Below, in pieces: positions 8,208 to 18,895 of a DNA stretch of 64,000 nt (its first letter is position 1; every line of letters starts with the position of its first letter). Source of the DNA: an uncultured Candidatus Rokubacteria bacterium (GTDB taxonomy: Bacteria > Methylomirabilota > Methylomirabilia > Rokubacteriales > DASRDR01); contig CAVPSB010000049.1 of the NCBI GenBank assembly GCA_963708025.1, positions 181,215 to 245,214 of the forward strand, read 5' to 3'. Below the pieces are notes generated by a model. The model was not told the origin of the DNA. It worked only from the letters and a program-made list of their open reading frames with translations, and did no database searches. Both the position numbers and the translations under genes were made by a program.

Positions 8208-9914
8208 ATGGATCCAATGATCGAGAGTCGGCGTGTCGCTGTCCTGGAGACGGCCTCCCAGCTCATCGGCAGGGCCGTCGCCCTTCTCGGCTGCCTGGTG
8301 CTCCTGGGTTGGGCGCTCGACATACCCACCCTGAGGAACCCGCTGCCAGGCTCGGTCGCCATGAAGGCCAACACGGCGATGGCCTTCGTGCTCTCGGCCG
8401 TGCCCCTGGGGCTATGGCGTGACCGGAGGACGTGGAGGCACGCCATCGCTCGCGGGTGCGCCGCGCTTGTCGTGCTGGTCGGCGTCCTGACTCTCGCCGA
8501 GTACGCGTTCGGCTGGGACCTCCACATCGACGAGTGGCTCTTCCGCGACGCGGTGGGCGCACCGGGAGCCAGCCACCCGGGCCGGATGGCTCCCTTGACG
8601 GCTCTCGGCTTCGTCCTGCTCGGGCTCGCGGAGATGACACTCGACCTCGCTCGAGCGGGCGCCCTCGGCCAATGGCTGGCCATCGCGGTTGGGTATCTCG
8701 GCGTGCTCAACCTGGTGGGCAATGCCTATCGGGCTCAAGGCCTCAGCCACCTCTACAGCCCTGCCTCGGCGTACACGGAAATGCCGCTGCTTACGGCCGG
8801 AGTGTTCGTCGTCGTCAGCGGCGCCGTGCTGTGCGCACGGCCCGACCGTGGAATGATGGCGATCGCGACGAGCCAGACCGCCGGTGGCGTGGTGGCCCGC
8901 CGTCTTCTCCCGGCCGCCCTCGGTCTGCCGCTCGTTCTCGGTTGGCTACGCTTGCTCGGCGAGCGCGCGGGCCTCTGGACCTTTCAGGCGGGGTGGGGAC
9001 TGCTGGCCCTCTCCACGCTGACGGTGTTCGTGGTGATCGTGTGGCGGAGCGCCCGCGTGCTGCACCAGACCGACGGTCAGCGGCAGCAGGTGGAAGCGGC
9101 GCTGCGTCGGGCGCGTGATGATCTGGAGACCCAGGTGCAACAACGAACCCGGGACCTGAGCGAGACCGTTCACGCGCTGCAGGTGGAAGTAGACGAGCGC
9201 CAGCGAGTCGAGCAGGCTCTCCGGGAGAGTGAGCGGCGGTACCGGGACCTCGTCGATTCGAGCCGAGGGCTCATCTGCATCCACGATCTCGATGGCACCG
9301 TGCTGTCCGTGAACCCGGCCGCGGCGCGGCTGCTCGGCTACACGGCGGCGGAGCTGGTCGGGAGAAACTTGCGCGAGATCCTGGCCCCGTCCGTCCAGCC
9401 TCTGTTTCCTCAGTACCTCGAGCGGATCCGCCAGGCGCCGGCGGATGAGGGCGTGATGCGAGTCGTCACCCGGGCCGGCGAGGAGCGTCTCTGGGCCTAC
9501 AGCAACGTGCGGTACGAGGAGCCGGGGCGCCCACCCTATGTCCTGGGCCATGCGCAGGACATCACGGCGCTGAAGCGCGCCGAGCACCTCGCGCGGCAGG
9601 CGGAGGCGCTCCGGTCAGTCGCTCAGCTGGCGAACGCCGCCGCTCATGAGATCAACAACCCGCTCGCGATCGTCGCCGGCCAGCTCGAGATGCTGAAAGG
9701 GCAGAGTTCGGACGATCCGGACACACTCACCAGGATCGAGAAGGCAAGGGCGGCCGTGCTTCGAATCCAGACGATCCTTGGAAGCATGGCGAGAATCACA
9801 CGACTCGAGCGCCTCGACTGGTCTCCGAATCTGCCGCCGCTGCTCGACTTGCGTCGATCGGGAGCCCCAGACGCCGATGGGACTTCGACTCCCGACGATG
9901 CCCCCCAGGCATAA
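8208..9914 (+). CDS. Membrane PAS-domain sensor with HisKA phospho-acceptor but no HATPase domain
   Basis: About 7 N-terminal TM helices, coiled coil (QVQQRTRDL, ALRESERRYR), PAS, H-box AAAHEINNPL; the protein ends ~85 aa after the H-box with no N/G1/G2 boxes. Confidence 0.82.
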   Translation: MDPMIESRRVAVLETASQLIGRAVALLGCLVLLGWALDIPTLRNPLPGSVAMKANTAMAFVLSAVPLGLWRDRRTWRHAIARGCAALVVLVGVLTLAEYAFGWDLHIDEWLFRDAVGAPGASHPGRMAPLTALGFVLLGLAEMTLDLARAGALGQWLAIAVGYLGVLNLVGNAYRAQGLSHLYSPASAYTEMPLLTAGVFVVVSGAVLCARPDRGMMAIATSQTAGGVVARRLLPAALGLPLVLGWLRLLGERAGLWTFQAGWGLLALSTLTVFVVIVWRSARVLHQTDGQRQQVEAALRRARDDLETQVQQRTRDLSETVHALQVEVDERQRVEQALRESERRYRDLVDSSRGLICIHDLDGTVLSVNPAAARLLGYTAAELVGRNLREILAPSVQPLFPQYLERIRQAPADEGVMRVVTRAGEERLWAYSNVRYEEPGRPPYVLGHAQDITALKRAEHLARQAEALRSVAQLANAAAHEINNPLAIVAGQLEMLKGQSSDDPDTLTRIEKARAAVLRIQTILGSMARITRLERLDWSPNLPPLLDLRRSGAPDADGTSTPDDAPQA

Positions 9915-9956
9915 GGCGCTGTGTCGACCTTCGGGATTGCGACGGGTCTGAAGGAG

Positions 9957-11082
9957 CTATGAACGGCCGCCGTGCTGTCGGGGCTGGCGCTTCAAGTCTT
10001 GGAGGTTCGAGGGCGCTAACGGGCCAGCACGCCTCTTGGACTCGGCTCGGGCCCCGGTGACGGAGCAGTTCGAGAGCGTCTCGAATGCCGCCACCATGCG
10101 CGTCAGGACCAACCTCCTGACCGCCGCCCGAGGGTCAGGCCCGGCTCCGCCGCCCACGATCGTCGGGTTGGTGTTGATCTCCCACACCTGAACCCGGCCG
10201 TCCAGGATCGCATAGTCCATGCGCCCATACTGAATCCGGGCCAGGGCGAAGATCTCCCTGAGCGTGTCCTCGTGAGGATTGTGCTCGACGTACTGGGCCT
10301 CCTCGCGCAGCAGCTCCGGATCTTTCAGGTCCGGGCTCTTCTGGACCCAGCACCGGCTGAACTGCAGACTCTTCGGGACGATCCGATCACCCACGATGAA
10401 CGCTCCGTGCTTCCGATAGATTCCCCGTGCGTCCACGGTATCGCAGAACTCCACGACGAGGAGTTCTTCCCGCCGGTCATCCGTGCGCTCGAAGGCGCAG
10501 ATCGCGTCCACGAGCTCGTGCCGGCTCCTGAGCAGTGGCGTGATCGGCCCCCCGTGGTCGCTCTCGAGCCGGAGGAAGACCGGGTATCGTTCCGGCCACC
10601 GCCCTTCGGTCACGCGATAGGCGTTGAACGTGTTGATGCCGCGCTCGTAGAGGTTGCGCAGCAACTCGTAGCGGCGCATCGAGCGGGTCGGGTGGTTCAG
10701 CAGGCGGCGACCCGGATCCGACTCGGCGAGGGTCCGCCACACGAACGCGGCACGCCGGGTCTCCTCGGGCGTGAGACTGTCGACATCGGCAAAGATGTAG
10801 ATGCCGAGCGGGAGCGCCCACCTCGCGCTCGCGTACCGGCCGAGGCGGGCGGCCAGCGACCCGAGTGCCGGGGGTACCTCGCGTCGAACGTGGCGACCAG
10901 CCGTGGCGCGCCAGGGTCCAGTAGGACTCCTTGGCTCTCCTCCACCAGAAATCCTTGGTCATCCGGCCGAGCAGGCGTTCGTAAGCGACGGGGCGCACGT
11001 CGCCGGCTAGGCGCCCTCCCGCCGAGTCGAGCAGCTTCTGGATGCCGGTGAGATGCTCACACTTGGCCAGGAAGTAAGTCAC
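9957..11082 (-). CDS. Hypothetical protein with ATP-grasp-like C-terminus; frameshift near 10900
   Basis: GTG 11082 (VTYFLAKCEH...) joins LPLGIYIFADVDSL...YGRMDYAILDGRVQVWEINTNP; the D-x..E-x-N-x-x-P pattern resembles ATP-grasp metal ligands. Confidence 0.55.
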
Positions 11083-11119
11083 GCGGATGGCTCCCGGGCG
11101 CCCGATCCGGCCGGTCGGG

Positions 11120-12850
11120 TCAGGACCGCTCGACGACGTAGAGGTGGGTGAGCATCCTCGAGTAGATGTTCGTGTCGATGACCACGTCCCCAGCCCGATT
11201 TCGCTTGACTCCGCGGACCCATGGCTTGAGGGCGGCGTACGGGGTCCCCCACACCACCGGGACGTAGCCAACGTCCCTCTGCAGGATCTCCTCGGCCTTC
11301 CTGTACAGATCCATGCGTTTCCGGTGATCGAGCTCCCCGCGGGCGGCCTCCACCGTCCGATCCAACTCCTCGTTGGCCCACGCCTGCCGCCGTCCCGTGG
11401 TGCCCTTGCCGTAGAACGTGTCGAAGTACTCGTTGTGAGGGTCGGGGTAGTCGATGGACCAGCGGATCCAGACGGCCTGGAACTCGTGCTTCCAGAGCCG
11501 CTGGTAGAAGACCTGCGGTTCGAGCACGGCCAGCTCGGTCTTCAGGTTGAGGTGCTCGAGGAGCATCGCCTGGACGGCTTCCGCCATCGGCTTGGCGCCG
11601 TCGCCCTGCGCGCGCATGGAGATCACGACCTTGGGCCAGTTCCTTCCGCCTTCGAACGGCGTCCCCTTGAGCGCCAGCAGGGCCGCCCTCGGGTCGAAGC
11701 GCTGGATCCGCTGGATGTCGGCGTGGACGATGTGACCGGGGACCCCCGGAGGGATCATCGAGTGCGCCGGGGTCGCGAAGCCCTGTGACACCTTGGCGAC
11801 CGCCTCGCGATCGATGGCATGGGACACCGCCCGTCGCACGCTCAGGCTGTCGAAGGGAGGCCTGGTGACCTGGGGAGTCAGGTACCAGGTCTGCGGCCGC
11901 GGATACCGGAAGACCTGCTTCCCCACCAACGGGTCCGCCATGGCACGGCGCAGGTCGCCGGGAGGAACGAGCGTGAAGTCCACCTCGTCGTTCTCGTAGG
12001 GGAGGAACCCGGCGCTCGTCGGGATGATCGGGACGATGACCCGCTCGAGATGGATATCCTGGACCCCGTGGTAACGGGGATTCTTCACGAGGACGAGCTG
12101 CTGGCCGTGAGTCCAGGACTCCAGCTTGAACGGCCCGTTACTGACGATGTTCTCAGGCTCCGTCCACGTGTCCCCGTACTTCTCGACGCCCGGACGATAG
12201 GCAGGGAGCGCCGTGCTGAAGGCCGTCAGGGCCGGGAAGTAGGCGCGTGGCCCCTCGAGGGTGACTTCCAACGTGTAGTCGTCCCGCGCGCGCAGCCCGA
12301 GCTGTAGAGGATCCGGAACGCGACCCTTGTTGAAGGCCTCACCGTTCCGGATGTCGTAGAAGAAAGCGGCGTAGGGGGATCCCGTCCCAGGGTCGAGGAC
12401 GCGTCGCCAGGACCAGACGAAGTCGTGCGCGGTACAGGGCGCCCCGTTCGACCACCCGGAGTCCCTCCGCATGTAGAACGTCCACACGGAGCCGTCCGAA
12501 TTGGACTCCACCTTCGTCGCCAGATCCGGCACTGGAACGAAGTCCACATCGAACTGCAGGAGTCCGGCGAACAGCGCGAGGTGACCACCACCGAAGCTGT
12601 CCTTGCCGAAATCGTGACTCGAAGGCTCCCGATCGAAGTAGCCGCCACCGCCGGTGCGCAGGACCTGGTCCTTCGCCAGCCGCTCCCCTGGGACCAACTT
12701 CGGGGCCGCCGCCGCCCGCCGGCCGCTGAAGGTCCCGGGGCCCGCCACCGCAGTAAGAGCCGCGACCGTTCTCAGGAAGCCTCGACGGTCAACCCCGACC
12801 GCTCGCAGTCGCTGCTCGAGGAACTCAGCCATTCCGTCGGTCAGCCGCAT
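11120..12850 (-). CDS. Oligopeptide-type (family 5) ABC substrate-binding protein, Tat signal
   Basis: RBS GGAGG before ATG 12850; DRRGFLR twin-arginine; WSNGAPCTAHDFVWSW, VSNGPFKLESW, VRRAVSHAIDRE. Confidence 0.9.
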   Translation of the reverse strand: MRLTDGMAEFLEQRLRAVGVDRRGFLRTVAALTAVAGPGTFSGRRAAAAPKLVPGERLAKDQVLRTGGGGYFDREPSSHDFGKDSFGGGHLALFAGLLQFDVDFVPVPDLATKVESNSDGSVWTFYMRRDSGWSNGAPCTAHDFVWSWRRVLDPGTGSPYAAFFYDIRNGEAFNKGRVPDPLQLGLRARDDYTLEVTLEGPRAYFPALTAFSTALPAYRPGVEKYGDTWTEPENIVSNGPFKLESWTHGQQLVLVKNPRYHGVQDIHLERVIVPIIPTSAGFLPYENDEVDFTLVPPGDLRRAMADPLVGKQVFRYPRPQTWYLTPQVTRPPFDSLSVRRAVSHAIDREAVAKVSQGFATPAHSMIPPGVPGHIVHADIQRIQRFDPRAALLALKGTPFEGGRNWPKVVISMRAQGDGAKPMAEAVQAMLLEHLNLKTELAVLEPQVFYQRLWKHEFQAVWIRWSIDYPDPHNEYFDTFYGKGTTGRRQAWANEELDRTVEAARGELDHRKRMDLYRKAEEILQRDVGYVPVVWGTPYAALKPWVRGVKRNRAGDVVIDTNIYSRMLTHLYVVERS

Positions 12851-13041
12851 GCGGCCCTCCGTGAGTCGCAAGGCCCATGGTCACAGGGAGACCCGACGTG
12901 GCCCGCGCAGGCGCGATCTCCGCTATTCCGACCCTCGCTGACGGCGTTATGACAATCCGGCGTGGCCAGATCGCCGGGGTTCAGCTGCAAAGGCGCGACG
13001 TGCCATCGTGTGCTCACGCGTGAGGTACAGCGACCATTGCA

Positions 13042-13057
13042 TGCGAGCTTCGTGCCA
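13042..13057 (-). promoter_or_regulatory. Sigma-54 promoter candidate for the orphan peptide SBP gene
   Basis: Minus strand TGGCAC-GAAGC-TCGCA, correct GG-N10-GC spacing, ~190 nt upstream of ATG 12850. Confidence 0.45.
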
Positions 13058-13342
13058 ATCGCTGCCACCTCGTAACGGCACCCGGATCGTGCCACTGCTC
13101 GGCGGCCGATTTCACGCCTCGGGCGGCCCCGCCAGCAGTGGGCTCGGTTGTCAGAAGGGTGTCCCCGCCTGAAAGGCGACACACTCACCGGCGGTCACGT
13201 TGCGCGCTGAGCATTCCGGAGAGGAGTCTGGCAATCGGCCTCCGGAAATTCTATGCACGAATGCTGAAATGAGATGGCCATCGAGCCCCTCAACGGTGCT
13301 ATAGAAGCGACGACAAGGCGCTTCGGCACTGCCAGACGAGGA

Positions 13343-13487
13343 GACAAGATCCTTCGGCGCACCGACCCGGGCGAGCTGCCTATCGAGCTGCCCACGACGT
13401 CTGCCCTGCCATCAACTCAAGACGGCGAAGGCCCTCGGGACGAGCTCCCAGTCGCTGCTGTTGCGGGCGGCTGAGGTGATTCAGTAG
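13343..13487 (+). pseudogene. C-terminal remnant of an ABC_sub_bind (putative Trp/Tyr-type) substrate-binding protein
   Basis: Translates across indels as DKILRRTDPGELPIELPT...IN.KTAKALG...QSLLLRAAEVIQ*, the family's typical C-terminus; no N-terminal part present. Confidence 0.75.
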
Positions 13488-13795
13488 AGGTCAGTGCGGA
13501 GCAACTCGGGAGGGGGACACTGATGAATGCCGCTCCCGATCCGCCGCGCCATGGTCAGGGCGAGGGCCAGGCTGAGCATCGCGATGACGGCCGCGCCTGC
13601 ACCGATCTGGGCCAGGAGTCGCCCCCGCGGGCGCTCCTCCCGCGGCGGGCACGACTACTTCGTGCCGGCGCGGACCAGATTCTCGAACGAGGCCACGCCC
13701 CCGCCATCGCGACCGTGGAGACCCCTGGCGTTCCCGAATGACGGGGCCTCGAGGTCGAGCCGTTGCTCGTCACTCTGACCGGCTGCTCCGGTCAT
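13481..13795 (-). pseudogene. Small membrane-protein ORF coupled to the ExeA-like gene, with internal TAG at 13655-13657
   Basis: ATG overlaps the upstream TGA (ATGA); MTGAAGQSDEQ...GTK*SCPP...LLAQIGAGAAVIAMLSLALALTM (TM helix). Confidence 0.3.
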
Positions 13796-16387
13796 GGCCT
13801 TCGAGGGGCATACTCGTTCAGGAGCCAGTCGATGATCCCGCCAGGGTCCATTGATTCCGCTCTCTCGGCCGGGACGATGCTAGTGATCGATGCCGGACCG
13901 GGGAGCGGCCCGGTCACCTCTCGCTTCTCATCGGAGGCAACCACCTTCGGCGGCGCTTTCGACGGCGTGTTGACAGCGGCCGCCGGAAGCGCGCCGACAG
14001 GCGGCTGCCGCATTCTCACCACCTCGGTATCAGGCTCGGGCTGGCTCGCCTGAGCGGACTGGACGAATGACTCGACGGCCGTGTCCAACCGGCCGCCCTC
14101 GCTCGGCCGGTCGGTCGGCGGTTCGCTCGATTCCCTCGTCGTTGCACCCGCACTGGATCGCTGGTCGGTGGAGCGACTCGAATGATACAGGTAGCCGGCC
14201 ATGGCCAGCAGGAGGACGAACAGGACAGCGTACTGCGCGATCTTGCGGGCGGTCCCTCGCCCTTCCTCGTCAGCGTCCGGAACCGGGGCGGCTTGTCTCC
14301 AGCCCCTGACCGTCTCGCGACGATCTGCTCGAGCTGGCTGCGAGTGCAAAGGTCCGCCGGCGCCATTGGGGGCAGTCCTTGTCGTCGGCGGGGCTCCGGC
14401 TCGCTTTTCCCCCTCAGGGCTCGCAACCGGTGCGACCTCTCCCTGGCTCCTGCCCGTCTCGAGACCGTTTCCCCGAGGTGGCGGCGTATCCGACGGTCCG
14501 CCGGCGTCGTCCAGGGCGACCCCCGTCAGGGCTCGGGCTCCCTCTTCGTCCACGGCGCTCGCAACCGGTACGGCCGCTGCCGGGCTCGTGACCGTCTCGG
14601 CCTCGAGACCGTCGCCCCGAAGTGGCGGCGAATCCGACGGTCCGCCGGCGCCGTCGTCCAGGGCAACCCCCGTCCGAGGGCCGCCGGCTCGCTCTTCCTC
14701 CGCGGCGCTCGCAACCGGTACGGCCGCTGCCGGGCTCGTGACCGTCTCGGCCTCGAGACCGTCGCCCCGAAGTGGCGGCGAATCCGACGGTCCGCCGGCG
14801 CCGTCGTCCAGGGCAACCCCCGTCCGAGGGCCGCCGGCTCGCTCTTCCTCCGCGGCGCTCGCAACCGGTACGGCCGCTGCCGGGCTCGTGACCGTCTCGG
14901 CCTCGAGACCGTCGCCCCGAAGTGGCGGCGAATCCGACGGTCCGCCGGCGCCGTCGTCCAGGGCAACCCCCGTCCGAGGGCCGCCGGCTCGCTCTTCCTC
15001 CGCGGCGCTCGCAACCGGTACGCCGCTGCCGGGCTCGTGACCGTCTCGGCCTCGAGACCGTCGCCCCGAAGTGGCGGCGAATCCGACGGTCCGCCGGCGC
15101 CGTCGTCCAGGGCAACCCCCGTCGAGGGCCGCCGGCTCGCTCTTCGTCCGCGGCGCTCGCAACCGGTACGGCCGCTGCCGGGCTCGTGACCGTCTCGGCC
15201 TCGAGACCGTCGCCCCGAAGTGGCGGCGAATCCGACGGTCCGCCGGCGCCGTCGTCCAGGGCAACCCCCGTCCGAGGGCCGCCGGCTCGCTCTTCCTCCG
15301 CGGCGCTCGCAACCGGTACGGCCGCTGCCGGGCTCGTGACCGTCTCGGCCTCGAGACCGTCGCCCCGAAGTGGCGGCGAATCCGACGGTCCGCCGGCGCC
15401 GTCGTCCAGGGCAACCCCCGTCCGAGGGCCGCCGGCTCGCTCTTCCTCCGCGGCGCTCGCAGCCGGTACGGCTGCTCCCCGGCTCCTCACCTTCACACCG
15501 TTCCGAAGAGGTAGTCCGAGCCTTCCGGCGCACTCCCTGACGATCTCGGCGTTGATCGTGTTCGCGCCACGCCGATAGCCACTCATCAGAGCCAGATCTC
15601 CGATCACGTTGATCAGACGTGGAATGCCTTGCGAAAACGCGCTGACCTCACGAATAGCCCCGGCCGTGAACAGGCTCCGGCCCGCGCCCGCCATCTTCAG
15701 GCGATGCTGAACATACTGCCTGACTTCGGACTCCGTCAGCGGGGCGGTGGTGCCTCTGATCCCGATCCATTCCTCGAGGGCCCCGTCTTCGGGCTCCGAC
15801 AGGATCGCGTTCAGCTCATTCTCGCCTACGAGCAGAAGGTTCAGGCAGGTTGACCGATCCGTGCCGACGTTCGCCAGATGGCGCATCTCTGAGATGAGCT
15901 CGCGGCTCAGACTCTGCGCCTCGTCGACGACGAGCAGGACGCGCTTGTCCCGGGAGCCGGCGTCGTCGACAAACTGCTCGAAGCGCTGACGAAAGGCTTC
16001 ACGGCTGTCGGCCGGCCCGCCGATGCCGCATGCGTCGGCGATGGCTTGGAGGAAGTCGAGCGTCTCGAGGCTCGAATACGACACCCTGACTACGATCACT
16101 GCATCGCCTAGGTCTCGGAGCAGGGTATCCGTCAGCGTAGTCTTCCCGCTACCAAAGTCGCCCGTCAGGACGGCCAACCCCGCGTTCTTGAGAATACCGG
16201 ACTTCAGATTGCTCAGGGTCTCTCTGCGCGCCCCCTCGAGCCACAGAAACTTCGGGTCGGGGCTGGGCTGAAAGGGGTTCACGCGCAGACCGAAAGAGGA
16301 CAGCTCCGTCTCGACGTCGAGGTCCATCTCGAGGTGCTTCATGAGGTAGAGCCTCCCGGTGGTCGTGGCCAGCCCGTCGTCACTCAC
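13792..16387 (-). CDS. ExeA/GspA-like AAA ATPase with 50-aa tandem-repeat linker and C-terminal TM segment (two 1-bp deletions in one repeat unit)
   Basis: FGLRVNPFQPSPDPKFLW, Walker A GDFGSGKTT, Walker B LLVVDEAQSL, YVQHRLKMAG, SQGIPRLINVIGDLAL; TM IAQYAVLFVLLLAMAGYLY in the 13792..15414 frame. Confidence 0.82.
14420..15475. repeat. 150-bp coding tandem repeat: six near-identical units plus degenerate flanking units
   Basis: GCAACCGGTA recurs at 14561, 14711, 14861, 15011, 15159, 15309 (variant at 15459). The unit encodes AAVPVASAAEEERAGGPRTGVALDDGAGGPSDSPPLRGDGLEAETVTSPA on the minus strand. Confidence 0.97.
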
Positions 16388-17372
16388 CCAGGATCTGCTT
16401 GATGGCCTCCATCACGGGATTGCTTCCAGACGACGACTTGGCCGCCGCCGACGCCTCGACCGGCTTTCGGAGATACTTCCTGACGCAGTCGTACTGCTCC
16501 CATCCCTTCAGCGGGAAGTCCAGATCGACGGCCTTCCACTTCGGATGGCCGTTCTTTTTGAGCCAGTCCATGTTGTCGGCGACAGTCTTGGCGAGCGTGC
16601 CCACGCTGTCACAGTCCTTCCGCCTGAAATCGAACGAGATGAGGACCGCCTTCACGGCCACCGTCTCCACGGGGCGCGTCTGCCAGCGATAGGTGTTCGC
16701 CGGAATCTCAGCCCTCGGGTAGAACTCGGTGATGCTCTTGTTCGTGATGGGAATCAGGGTCAGACCGTCGGAGTCGCCGACGTCCTCGCTGAACAGTTTC
16801 ACCGGATAGCCCGCGACATAGAACATCGCGTCGATGCGTCCCGCCTTCAGCTCTGCCAGGGCCTCACCGGTGTCGATGGGCACCATCTCCCGGGGTGATA
16901 CTTCCGAGACGTTGAAGAGGAGTCGCGCCGTCAGATATGTCCCGCTTCCCTCGCGGCCGATGGCGACCCGCCGGTCGGCCAAATCGTCGAAATCCGCGAC
17001 GGTGCCGCGGGCGAGCACATGAACTTCCTCGTTGTAGAGCGGAAACACCATCTTGGTCTTCTTGGCGATCCGCTTCAACACCGGGTCGGACTGCACGCGT
17101 CCGACAAAGGCCAGGACATCCGACTGGACGATCCCGAGCTGTGTCAGCGGCTTCTGGTAGACCGCGTATACGTTCTCGATCGACCCCTTCGAAGCGTATA
17201 CGCTCAGGCTGATGCCGCTCTGCTTCACGAGATTCTGGAGATTCAGGCCGAACTGGTAATAGGTCCCTTTTTCGCCTCCCGTGATGATGCCCATGTCGGC
17301 CGCGGCGGACACGGACGCCAGGGCAAGGACGATGAAGACCGGGGCCGCAAGCCGCGCGAGTGCCTTCTTCAT
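16380..17372 (-). CDS. TAXI-family TRAP transporter solute-binding protein
   Basis: Signal peptide MKKALARLAAPVFIVLALASVSAA; IITGGEKGTYYQFG, SKGSIENV, LGIVQSDV, PLYNEEVHVLA, GREGSGT. Confidence 0.9.
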   Translation of the reverse strand: MKKALARLAAPVFIVLALASVSAAADMGIITGGEKGTYYQFGLNLQNLVKQSGISLSVYASKGSIENVYAVYQKPLTQLGIVQSDVLAFVGRVQSDPVLKRIAKKTKMVFPLYNEEVHVLARGTVADFDDLADRRVAIGREGSGTYLTARLLFNVSEVSPREMVPIDTGEALAELKAGRIDAMFYVAGYPVKLFSEDVGDSDGLTLIPITNKSITEFYPRAEIPANTYRWQTRPVETVAVKAVLISFDFRRKDCDSVGTLAKTVADNMDWLKKNGHPKWKAVDLDFPLKGWEQYDCVRKYLRKPVEASAAAKSSSGSNPVMEAIKQILGE

Positions 17373-17847
17373 GATGTGCTCTCCTCTTCCGATTCCGACC
17401 GCTGCCGCCGACGTATGATCGACCGCCGGTACCTTTGGCACTGTCTGGCTCACGACCCTGCACCGTGAGGCCGGCCATCTCCGTGGGTGACTGTGCCGTC
17501 CCCTCTCGCCCCCCGCTTGCCCTCCGCCGGCTACCGAATCCTGCGTGGCCAGCTCCTTCCACGCCCTCCGCGGCCCACTGGCCGCTGGCACAACCCCGCC
17601 TCCTCCGGGAGCCCCTCGCGCCGCTCCAAAGCTCCCGGCGCTCGCGCACGCCCCGGGAGTGCGAGAACACCCTCCTACTTCCAAGAATGTCCGCGCCACC
17701 GGGAAGCCCCTCACACGCGAGGCCACCCGTTGGGATCGGCCTCGGGGGGCTTTCGGGTCCTCGCCGGCCGGCCTGGGGCCGCCGCCGGAGCCCGCTGACG
17801 ACCGTGCGGGCTCGCCCAGCCCATCGTCCCCGGCGGGCGCGTGTGGG

Positions 17848-18261
17848 TCATCGCTCCGCTGCCGGCGTGCCGACACCCACAGGTTCTTGGTCAGCGGTCA
17901 AAGAACGGATGACGGCCTCGAGCTCCTCGGCCATCTGGCTTCGCTCTCGCAAGAGGGCGTCATGCCGCTCGCGGAGCTCTTGCAGCGCGTGGCGGCGGAT
18001 TTCGGATTCGGTGAGGAGCGCCTGGTAAGAGGCGCGCAGCTCGGTGAAGGCCTGAGCCGCTTCCCCGCTCTCTCGGCGCAAGCTCTCCTCACTCCTCCGG
18101 AGCTCCTCGTTCTCGCACTCCAGCCGGTCGAAGCGTTCGCGCAGCACTTCGTGCTGGCCCATCAGCTCCTTCATCGAGCTGACAAGCGCGTCAACGTCAC
18201 CTACCATCTTCTCGGCGACCTGGACGGCGGACGGCACATCTCTGTCCTGCAGCTCGAGCAT
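17848..18261 (-). CDS. Hypothetical coiled-coil protein
   Basis: RBS AGGAG before MLELQD; heptad-rich E/R/L sequence. Confidence 0.6.
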   Translation of the reverse strand: MLELQDRDVPSAVQVAEKMVGDVDALVSSMKELMGQHEVLRERFDRLECENEELRRSEESLRRESGEAAQAFTELRASYQALLTESEIRRHALQELRERHDALLRERSQMAEELEAVIRSLTADQEPVGVGTPAAER

Positions 18262-18895
18262 CGCGACTCCTTTCCTCATGGGGATGGCGTTCTGGTCGCC
18301 TCCGAGGCAGATTGGCTGACCCCAACCGCGCGACGGTGAGCTCGATCAGACCGGCATGCCGTCGGCTCGCGCCTAACATCTGCGCCGCGTGGACCGGTGT
18401 CAAGAGCTTATTTCGCCACTCCCCATGCGGGTGCGAGGCAATCGAGACGCTCGAAGGCAGGCTGCATCTGCTCGCGCGCATACCTGCCCTTCGGATCCGC
18501 ATTGGCCGCGGCGTCGCGACCCGCGTAGCCCTCGAACCCGCACTAGGCGCGTCGAAAGCGTGCTGGTGGACAACGGTGCATAAGTGGATAACTGTTCACG
18601 GCCGTGCCGTAGGATTCGCCGACCTGAGCGTCCAAGGCCGAAGAACCAGCAGTAATGGACGGGGGATCCGGAGACCTCCTCGATCCGCGGGCGGAGATCC
18701 GCCAGGTAGCGCGATAGCGTGTCGAAAAGGCGGGCATCTCGCTCATCCCAGGCGCGTTAGTCGCCCACCACCCCGAGCACCAGCACGACCGCCTGACCCT
18801 GCCCTTGCTCGACATAGGCCAGTTCTGATCCCGTTTACCCTGACCTGCTTGCCGGGAGTCATGGCAGTCCTTTTCAACACGGTCCGGCCGGACAG

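Noticed and set aside
14420-15475. Regular repeat array considered as a CRISPR
   Set aside because: The whole 150-bp unit repeats with no unique spacers, the period is a multiple of 3 within a coding frame, and no cas genes are present.
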